This document shows, piece after piece, positions 47,658 through 53,879 of a stretch of DNA of 56,466 nucleotides. Under the pieces are notes generated by a model. The model saw nothing but the letters and a program-made list of their open reading frames with translations. It was not told the DNA's origin and made no database searches. How positions within the stretch are numbered: position 1 is the first letter of the stretch; every line of letters starts with the position of its first letter. This DNA comes from an uncultured Eubacteriales bacterium (GTDB lineage: Bacteria > Bacillota > Clostridia > Oscillospirales > RGIG7773): positions 1-56,466 of the forward strand of contig CAKTDK010000001.1 in assembly GCA_934541205.1 (NCBI GenBank). The letters are read 5' to 3'. Position numbers and translations under genes: made by a program.

Positions 47658-47766
47658 TTATGTTTAACTCGGTTTGGCAGAAAAACATTTTGATTATGTT
47701 TAACTCAGATAAGTATTTCAATCGTGTGCATTTTGTGGGTTAAACATAATTATTCTTATGTTTAAC
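47658..47766. repeat. Four copies of the 11-mer TTATGTTTAAC (three direct, one inverted) upstream of the recombinase
   Basis: Direct copies at 47658-47668, 47694-47704 and 47756-47766. Inverted copy at 47739-47749. Confidence 0.8.
47739..47766. other. Candidate recombination core site, 11-6-11 dif/lox-like
   Basis: GTTAAACATAA-TTATTC-TTATGTTTAAC has perfect inverted arms and an asymmetric 6-bp spacer. The inner arm bases CATAA/TTATG match those of E. coli dif (GGTGCGCATAA TGTATA TTATGTTAAAT, from memory). Confidence 0.5.
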
Positions 47767-47833
47767 TTATTTGTATCGCACTTTCCAGAGCAAAGAAGGG
47801 TTAATAAGCATCAAAAAATAGTCGAATTAATTT

Positions 47834-47951
47834 TGTCCCAAATTTTATGTTATTTTTGGGACATTTGATTTTTGCATAAAAAAGAGTGCTTTGGAAACAA
47901 TATAAATAACTATTGCAAAACTGTCCCAAATATGATATAATATTTGGGACA
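47834..47951 (+). promoter_or_regulatory. abiE promoter with two related palindromic operators
   Basis: TGTCCCAAA-N12-TTTGGGACA occurs at 47834-47863 and 47922-47951. The second is a 12-6-12 palindrome. TTGCAA (47913-47918), 17 nt, TATAAT (47936-47941) lies inside the second palindrome. Confidence 0.6.
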
Positions 47952-47965
47952 CAGGAGGTGTGACT

Positions 47966-48574
47966 ATGAGTTCGTTCTATTCTGATATGATATATGAAAA
48001 AATTGTAGAGGCAGGAAATGAGGCTGTTTTTATTGCAACCGACTTTCTTGATATAGCCGATTACGAGACTGCGCGTAAAGCTCTTAACCGTCTTGATAGT
48101 TATGGAAAAATAAAAAAGATATGCCGTGGTGTCTATTACAATCCCAAATTTAGTGAGCTCCTCGGCGAATATGAAGCACCTTCTCCTCATAATGTCGCTC
48201 TTGCCTTGGCTCGTAAATTTAATTGGAATATTGCTCCTTCAGGAAATACGGCATTAAACCAGTTAGGGCTTTCAACACAGGTAACAGCACACTGGACATA
48301 CATTAGCGATGGACCATACAATAAATTTACAATCGGAAACATCGAGATTGATTTTAAGCACAGAAGTAACAAAGAAATCTCCGGTATGTCCTATAAAACA
48401 GCGCTCGTTATTCAGGCCCTCAAAGCGCTGGGGAAAGACAATATAGACGAAAGCGTCATTACTAAACTCAAAAAACAGTTATCCTCAGAAGAAAAGGATA
48501 ATCTCATAAAAGAGGCCAGACAAACAACCGCTTGGGTTTATTCTGTAATCCGAAAAATTTGTGAGGCGAAGTAA
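47966..48574 (+). CDS. abiEi: AbiEi-family antitoxin/transcriptional regulator
   Basis: N-terminal wHTH pattern AVFIATDFLDIADYETARKALNRLDSYGKIKKICRGVYYNP. AGGAGG lies 7 nt upstream of the ATG at 47966. It abuts abiEii. Confidence 0.8.
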   Translation: MSSFYSDMIYEKIVEAGNEAVFIATDFLDIADYETARKALNRLDSYGKIKKICRGVYYNPKFSELLGEYEAPSPHNVALALARKFNWNIAPSGNTALNQLGLSTQVTAHWTYISDGPYNKFTIGNIEIDFKHRSNKEISGMSYKTALVIQALKALGKDNIDESVITKLKKQLSSEEKDNLIKEARQTTAWVYSVIRKICEAK

Positions 48575-49573
48575 ATGTATTCAATAGCGAGATTACCTGA
48601 AGATGAGCGCAGAATTCTTTTTAGAAATACGGCTCAAAAGATGGGAATGAACGAAGCCATCATCGAAAAGGACTTTTGGGTCTGCCTGACCTTGGACTAT
48701 CTTTTCCATCGATGTGAGTGGAAAGATGTATTCACATTCAAAGGCGGCACCAGTCTTTCTAAATGCTATGGTCTTATCACACGCTTTTCAGAAGACATCG
48801 ATTTGATTTTAGACTGGCGCGCCATTGGTTATTCTCTCAACGAGCCGTGGGAAGATAGATCTAACACAAAACAGGATGCCTTTAACAAAGAGGCAAATGC
48901 CCGAGCAGAAGTTTTCTTACGTGACACTTTGCTTCCTATCTTTAAGCGTGATCTTTCGGAGATCATAGGGCAGGAGGCAACCATCTACATAGAGGAATCA
49001 GACCCGCAGACGATAAATTTTGAATATCCGCATATCTTTACAACCGAATCTATTCTGCAGGCAATCCGGTTGGAGATTGGTGCATTGGCAGCCTGGACTC
49101 CTGCGAGGGAGAAATCCGTTACTCCTTATACCGCTGAATGCTATCCCAAAGCCTTCGACCAAGCAACAAGTACGATCCTTACAGCTGCAGCCGAGCGAAC
49201 CTTCTGGGAAAAGGTTACGATTCTTCATCACGAGGCAAACCGTCCTGAAAATTTGGCAATGCCCAAACGATATTCGAGACACTACTATGATTTATACTGC
49301 ATAGCACATTCGGAAAACAAAAATGCTGCTTTTGAAGATCTGGAACTCCTCAAAAAAGTTGTAAACTTCAAAATGAAGTTCTTCCCTCGCAAATGGGCAA
49401 AATACGAAGAAGCAATTCCCGGAACAATCAAGCTTGTTCCTCCGGCTTTTCGTTTTGATAGCCTACGTACCGATTATGAGGATATGGCTGAAATGATGTT
49501 TGGACAATATCCTTCGTTTGATGACTTGATGGACTATATTCAAACCCTCGAAAATGAGATTAATGCTCTGTAA
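48575..49573 (+). CDS. abiEii: AbiEii/AbiGii nucleotidyltransferase toxin
   Basis: 332 aa with FTFKGGTSLSKCYGLITRFSEDIDL (NTase motif). The start is adjacent to the abiEi stop. Confidence 0.85.
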   Translation: MYSIARLPEDERRILFRNTAQKMGMNEAIIEKDFWVCLTLDYLFHRCEWKDVFTFKGGTSLSKCYGLITRFSEDIDLILDWRAIGYSLNEPWEDRSNTKQDAFNKEANARAEVFLRDTLLPIFKRDLSEIIGQEATIYIEESDPQTINFEYPHIFTTESILQAIRLEIGALAAWTPAREKSVTPYTAECYPKAFDQATSTILTAAAERTFWEKVTILHHEANRPENLAMPKRYSRHYYDLYCIAHSENKNAAFEDLELLKKVVNFKMKFFPRKWAKYEEAIPGTIKLVPPAFRFDSLRTDYEDMAEMMFGQYPSFDDLMDYIQTLENEINAL

Positions 49574-49634
49574 TGAGCAACTTAAAACATTCGCTTCTGA
49601 CACAATATTTGCAGCGAAAAAAGGTGGTGATAGA

Positions 49635-50228
49635 TTGGCAAGACAATATAAGAATGCACGTAAAAGCAAAAAGCTGATTGTAAAAGATGCAGCTTCCAAG
49701 CTCGATATTTCACCATCTACTCTCAGCGCATGGGAGTCTGAACGCAAGGCACCTTCGATTGAAAGCTTAGAAGCGATGGCAGATCTGTATCAGGTTTCTA
49801 CTGATTATCTTCTTGGCAGAGAGGAAACGCCCCCAGCAACTTCTCTTCCCCTCCCAGGTGAATTGCTAAAGATATATCATGGTAAATCAGTCTGGTCGTC
49901 CGATTTCGGATGGGTATTGGTAAACTCAATAAAGAATGTACTGGTTTGTGTTGATGGTTCTTTGGTACCGTTTGATAACGCCGGTTCTGTTTATGTGGCA
50001 CAGCCTCCGTTCTATGAAGCATCACTTCCAGATTCAAAACCGTTAAGCAAACCGGATCTTCAAAATTATGGGGAAATCTGGCTTGAACCAATCTCTCACG
50101 ATACGGAACTCAGAGAACAACTTCGAGGAACCTATCGGGTTTACGAACACTGGGTAGAGAATAATTTCGGAAATCGCTTCTCGCTCGATACCTACGGAGT
50201 CAAATGGTTGGCTTTCAGCAATAAATAA
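49635..50228 (+). CDS. XRE-family HTH protein with an uncharacterised C-terminal domain
   Basis: HTH KDAASKLDISPSTLSAWESERKAPSIESLEAMADLYQVSTDYLLG. Probable TTG start at 49635, 4 nt after AAGGTGGTGA. The track ORF starts at 49554, overlapping abiEii. Confidence 0.65.
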   Translation: MARQYKNARKSKKLIVKDAASKLDISPSTLSAWESERKAPSIESLEAMADLYQVSTDYLLGREETPPATSLPLPGELLKIYHGKSVWSSDFGWVLVNSIKNVLVCVDGSLVPFDNAGSVYVAQPPFYEASLPDSKPLSKPDLQNYGEIWLEPISHDTELREQLRGTYRVYEHWVENNFGNRFSLDTYGVKWLAFSNK

Positions 50229-50233
50229 TATTC

Positions 50234-50267
50234 AAGGCAGGGTTGTCGTAATTGACAATCCTGCCTT
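50234..50267. terminator. Bidirectional hairpin between convergent XRE and GNAT genes
   Basis: aaggcagg gttgtc gtaat tgacaa t cctgcctt. Confidence 0.6.
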
Positions 50268-50270
50268 TTA

Positions 50271-50816
50271 TCATAAGTATTTCTGCATATAGAACTCACT
50301 TCGGTAAGTGCCGTCCTTGAGCTTAAACATATTCGGTCTTTCGCAAACAACACGGAATCCGAATTTTTCGTACAAGTGTCTTGCACGGTCATTGCCCTCT
50401 ATGAACTCCAGCTCCATAATCTCGGTTCCTCGGTTCTGTGCCGCCGATACAAGCTCCTCGAACATTGCAGAGCCGATACCGAGGTTCCAATAGTCTTTGA
50501 GAATAGCATTGGCAATGGTTGCACGATGCGATACTTTCATGTCTCCTCTGAAGCTGATCTCACAGTTGCCGGCATCCTCACCGTCAACGTAACAGGTGAT
50601 ACCCAATGTATCAGGGGCAGAGCGCAAGCGGTTTACCCATGCTTCCTCTTGCCCGATAGTTGTTGTCCATTCTTCGGGATAGCGTGCAAGAAAATCAGTT
50701 TCACTACAAGATTTCTTTATGTAGTTCAGTAATTTTTCCGCATCCTCAACACATGGACTTTTTAAGATGGCGGTCCTGCCATCTTTCAATATGATTGTTT
50801 TTTCTTCAAATATCAT
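50271..50816 (-). CDS. GNAT family N-acetyltransferase
   Basis: 181 aa. Acetyl-CoA motif region WNLGIGSAMFEELVSAAQNRG and HLYEKFGF. Confidence 0.85.
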   Translation of the reverse strand: MIFEEKTIILKDGRTAILKSPCVEDAEKLLNYIKKSCSETDFLARYPEEWTTTIGQEEAWVNRLRSAPDTLGITCYVDGEDAGNCEISFRGDMKVSHRATIANAILKDYWNLGIGSAMFEELVSAAQNRGTEIMELEFIEGNDRARHLYEKFGFRVVCERPNMFKLKDGTYRSEFYMQKYL

Positions 50817-50837
50817 TTCGATACTCCTTTCGGTAAA

Positions 50838-51026
50838 TTACTCCTCGATTGAAAAGAGTGCTTTAATCATTTTTGCAACTTCATCTGGAGCCGGATTTGT
50901 ATTGTCAAGTTTCATATAGTTCTCAAACGGCAGTTCTTCGCCGTCATAGGAATTAAGGCGATACTTTTCGCTCGTTGCCCTCATTTCAGATTCGCTCCAA
51001 TTGAGATCACGCTTCCGTTTGCTTTT
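50838..51026 (-). pseudogene. 3' remnant of a truncated gene (P-loop-kinase-like C-terminus?)
   Basis: The open frame reads KSKRKRDLNWSESEMRATSEKYRLNSYDGEELPFENYMKLDNTNPAPDEVAKMIKALFSIEE(stop). It is closed upstream by a TAA lying exactly in the first TTATCCCC repeat (51027-51029). There is no credible start/RBS for the full frame. Confidence 0.4.
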
Positions 51027-51086
51027 TTATCCCCGGCATTTTATCCCCCTGCGGGGATAGGACAACCGCCCGGTATGTTTATCCCC
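51027..51086. repeat. Iteron-like TTATCCCC octamers (3 direct, 1 inverted)
   Basis: Direct copies at 51027-51034, 51041-51048 and 51079-51086. Inverted ggggata at 51053-51059 forms a 7-bp hairpin with the second copy. Confidence 0.6.
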
Positions 51087-51120
51087 GTTCATAATTGTTG
51101 ATATAGGGATTATACCGTCT

Positions 51121-51163
51121 AATTTTGTAGATTTTTCCGAGATTTTCCGTAGAATTTTCGTAG
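51121..51163. repeat. Four tandem 10-11-bp units, A(A)TTTT(C)CGTAG-like, helically phased
   Basis: aattttgtag / atttttccgag / attttccgtag / aattttcgtag read directly. Confidence 0.6.
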
Positions 51164-51270
51164 TCGGTCGCAAGTTTAGACAAGAACAAACAACAAAATG
51201 CTGTATAATGTCAAATTTTACCGCCCTTTGAATACTGCACCGTAAGAAAAGACTTTATGGCTCAAATAAA

Positions 51271-51306
51271 TAGGGGAAACGACCTGCTATAAGGTCGTTT
51301 CCCCTA
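51271..51306 (-). terminator. Strong hairpin terminator abutting the wHTH gene stop
   Basis: taggggaaacgacc tgctata aggtcgtttcccctat. Confidence 0.7.
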
Positions 51307-51307
51307 T

Positions 51308-51724
51308 TTATTCCGTAATATCCTCAAAACAAAAGCCAACTTCTCGAACACAACGGATAGCAGAAGGTAAGCTGAGTGCTATCTCACGAAATTTTCTGCG
51401 CAGGCCGTATACATGACAGCTTACCGCATTGGCTTCATTTCCCATTGGATCTTCTCCCCATACAGCCTCATAAAGCTGCCTGTATGACAACACCCGCCCT
51501 TCATACAAGGCCAGTCGGTAAAGTAGTTCATACTCTTTTGTTGTCAGTAATACCTCCTGCTGATTATAGTATACCTTTCTTTTTCCTGTGTCAATTATGA
51601 GGTGGTTAAAAATCAATGTCGGTTCAACTACCATTTCAATCAGCTTCAAATCAGGATGACGCTCCAAAATCTTTGAAATTTCCTCTAAAGCAACGTTATC
51701 CTGGTCTGATAGTTCCAAAATCAC
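51308..51724 (-). CDS. Orphan OmpR/PhoB-type winged-helix DNA-binding protein (no receiver domain)
   Basis: The C-terminal ~95 aa, LLTTKEYELLYRLALYEGRVLSYRQLYEAVWG...AVSCHVYGLRRKF, form a Trans_reg_C domain. The N-terminal ~40 aa are too short for a receiver domain. The GTG start has a poor RBS, so the start is uncertain. Confidence 0.7.
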   Translation of the reverse strand: MILELSDQDNVALEEISKILERHPDLKLIEMVVEPTLIFNHLIIDTGKRKVYYNQQEVLLTTKEYELLYRLALYEGRVLSYRQLYEAVWGEDPMGNEANAVSCHVYGLRRKFREIALSLPSAIRCVREVGFCFEDITE

Positions 51725-51754
51725 AATTCGTTTGATAGTCCCACCTTCCTTCTA

Positions 51755-51783
51755 AAACAGCCGCCATCTGTCTGATGGCGGCC
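51755..51783 (-). terminator. Rho-independent terminator after the surface protein gene
   Basis: gccgccatc tgtct gatggcggc with a T-run on the minus strand. Confidence 0.65.
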
Positions 51784-51791
51784 GTAAAATG

Positions 51792-53657
51792 TTAGATATT
51801 CTGTTCCTTTTTCTTTCTGCTGTAAAGCGTCATGCCAACAGCGCCGGCTCCGGATGCAGCCAGAAGACCAATCCACAGCATCATATTGCTGCTGTCTCCG
51901 GTCTGGGGGCTTTCTGTTTGCTCAGAAGGCTTGCCCGGCTGTTCGGGGTTGGCTGGGTCAGTGGGGTCTGTAGGAGTGGTAGGGTCGGTGGGCTGTTCGC
52001 TGGTTTCAAACGGTGTGTTGGAACCAAGGATAGCATACTGGCTCAGATGGGTAGTCTCAAATACCAGGAAGTCTCCTTCCACCACTGCATCAAAGCGTTC
52101 CAGCGGGTCACCCAGATATACCGCCTGATAGTATTTGTAGCCCTTCAGGTGGTCGTTCATCGGGATTTTGACCGTCATGGGGTTGTCCTTGATTTCCAGA
52201 GCTTTACCGTCTTTTCTAACGCTGATGTCGTAAATGGACAGCAGGCCCGGCAGTTCTTCTTTCAGTTCCGGACGGCTTCCCAGCACGCTTTCCTGCGCGA
52301 TGGTGTCAGCAAAAAGCTCCGCACCCTCTGGCACACCGTCGGTCAGGGAGATGGAAACGCCGGTTTCGGAAGCAGTCAGATCTTTGGCGCCAGTATCCTC
52401 ACCAGGTTTTGTTCCAGGATCAGTGCCCGGATCGGTAGAAGTCCCGGACGGGGATACTTTGATCACATCATTGGTGCAGTAGTAGCTATACATGCCGGTC
52501 TTCTCAATGACTGTCTTATATCCCTCCGGATAGCCTTCCTGATCTGCGGTAATATCTTCCATGCCATCTACGGGGGTTACAACACTTGTCTCGTACCTTG
52601 CATCGGAATACGTATCCGGCAGTTCCACCTTGTCAATTGCCTTATATAAGGTGTAATAAGGCGTACCTTCTCCTTCTTCATCATATTTTATATTGCCTGT
52701 GCCCCAATAAAAAGTTTCTTCGCCTTTTTTGAGAACTTTCATGGTTTTCGGCCTGTCAATTTTTGCCTCAATAGTTTTTCCGTCAGCATCCTTTGTATAT
52801 TCCGCCGGCCACTCGGTGCTTCCCTGGATTATTTTAACTTCAAGTGCGAGATATTCGTTTCCGCTTGGAAGATCGTTAACTTTCACCAGTTCGGCAATAT
52901 CGGTTTGACCTTGCGAACCTATAGTTTCATCAGCTTCAAAAAAGTAAACGCCGTACAGCCTGCCATCATTTCCTTTGGTGGCAACCTGCCATGTCCTGGA
53001 CTCATACGGGGCTTCTGTAATGACTGTTTCTGTCTGCTCATATTCCAATTCCACGCCGGAATCAGCTGTCAGAGCAAGCTTTGTTTCAAAATTTCCTGTG
53101 AACGGGATAGATTTAGACGTTGTTGAGATAAACTGTGCCGAATAAGTCGCCATATGCGGAGCATCGGGCATTTTATACGCCGTCACAGTAGCCTCCGAAC
53201 CAACTTTGAGCGAGCCTTGTGTTCCCTCCGCCATAAACGCAATAGCGGCGCTGGAGGTTTTGTTCTCATTGATGGTCAGGGAGCCGTCTCCAATAATCTC
53301 CAGGTTGCCGCCCCAGCCGAAACCGTATACCACCAGCGAGGAGATGTGGTTGTCACCTACCAGCTTAAGCTTCAGGTCATCACCCATCTCGTTGGCGACA
53401 AGGATATTGGTCGGGTTGTTGTAGTTGGTCAGGGTAACGGTGTTGCTCGCCTTATCATAAACAGCACCTGATACATCGTCAATCTGGCCGCTGTTGGCAA
53501 AGAGCGTCTGATACCCATCCTCCGAATTACCGAGCCTGAGGTATGCAGAACTGTAGTCCCCGAACGAGGGGCCGTTCGCCGCAAACGCCGGCACAGCCAT
53601 TCCAACAGCCATACAAAGCGTCAGCAGTCCTGCAAGCAGTTTTCGCTTCAATTTCAT
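51792..53657 (-). CDS. Cell-wall-anchored surface protein with an SPQTG sorting signal
   Basis: Signal peptide MKLKRKLLAGLLTLCMAVGMAVPAFA (ATG at 53657, AAGGAG RBS). A Pro/Thr/Asp-rich stalk follows. The C-terminus is SPQTGDSSNMMLWIGLLAASGAGAVGMTLYSRKKKEQNI, that is sorting motif, TM and basic tail. Confidence 0.8.
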   Translation of the reverse strand: MKLKRKLLAGLLTLCMAVGMAVPAFAANGPSFGDYSSAYLRLGNSEDGYQTLFANSGQIDDVSGAVYDKASNTVTLTNYNNPTNILVANEMGDDLKLKLVGDNHISSLVVYGFGWGGNLEIIGDGSLTINENKTSSAAIAFMAEGTQGSLKVGSEATVTAYKMPDAPHMATYSAQFISTTSKSIPFTGNFETKLALTADSGVELEYEQTETVITEAPYESRTWQVATKGNDGRLYGVYFFEADETIGSQGQTDIAELVKVNDLPSGNEYLALEVKIIQGSTEWPAEYTKDADGKTIEAKIDRPKTMKVLKKGEETFYWGTGNIKYDEEGEGTPYYTLYKAIDKVELPDTYSDARYETSVVTPVDGMEDITADQEGYPEGYKTVIEKTGMYSYYCTNDVIKVSPSGTSTDPGTDPGTKPGEDTGAKDLTASETGVSISLTDGVPEGAELFADTIAQESVLGSRPELKEELPGLLSIYDISVRKDGKALEIKDNPMTVKIPMNDHLKGYKYYQAVYLGDPLERFDAVVEGDFLVFETTHLSQYAILGSNTPFETSEQPTDPTTPTDPTDPANPEQPGKPSEQTESPQTGDSSNMMLWIGLLAASGAGAVGMTLYSRKKKEQNI

Positions 53658-53825
53658 AACTGATTTTTCTCCTTTCAAGATAAAATTCATGTGAATAAAC
53701 GGTTTGATGATTCTCTTTAGGGTATCACCGCCTTTTTCTCTATATTTCTATGCCATCCGTTCCCCGGTGCGTCGGTTCAGGCAGCCAGGGCGGAACGAAT
53801 AACCTTCTTTGCCGCAGTTAAAGTT

Positions 53826-53873
53826 CTTTATGCTTTGGTGAATACCAAAGCATAAAGAAGGGATATCCCTTCT
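53826..53873 (-). terminator. Two adjacent strong hairpins downstream of gene 53880-55757
   Basis: ctttatgctttgg tgaata ccaaagcataaag (13 bp) and agaagggat atcccttct (9 bp). The U-tract is weak, so the terminator role is tentative. Confidence 0.45.
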
Positions 53874-53879
53874 GCGTTT

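Noticed and set aside
47656-47727. Type III (ToxI-like) antitoxin RNA repeats, suggested by the 36-nt spacing of the first two 15-mers
   Set aside because: Only the first ~16 nt of each 36-nt unit are conserved, and there is no ToxN/AbiQ-like gene. Protein-binding half-sites fit better.
47801-48190. Minus-strand ORF of 129 aa
   Set aside because: It is antisense to abiEi and its promoter/operator region, with an implausible composition.
46767-49573. Integron-like arrangement (recombinase, adjacent site, divergent TA cassette)
   Set aside because: The recombinase is short and Xer-like, without the IntI-specific insertion. No attC-like sites follow the cassettes. The hairpin at 50234-50267 is an ordinary bidirectional terminator.
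51789-52649. Plus-strand 286-aa ORF, plus other plus-strand ORFs at 53154-53471, 54405-55046, 55122-55490 and 55503-55949
   Set aside because: Long antisense ORFs are expected by chance in 50-60% GC DNA. They are Arg/Gly/Pro-rich and lie opposite well-supported surface-protein genes with signal peptides and sorting signals.
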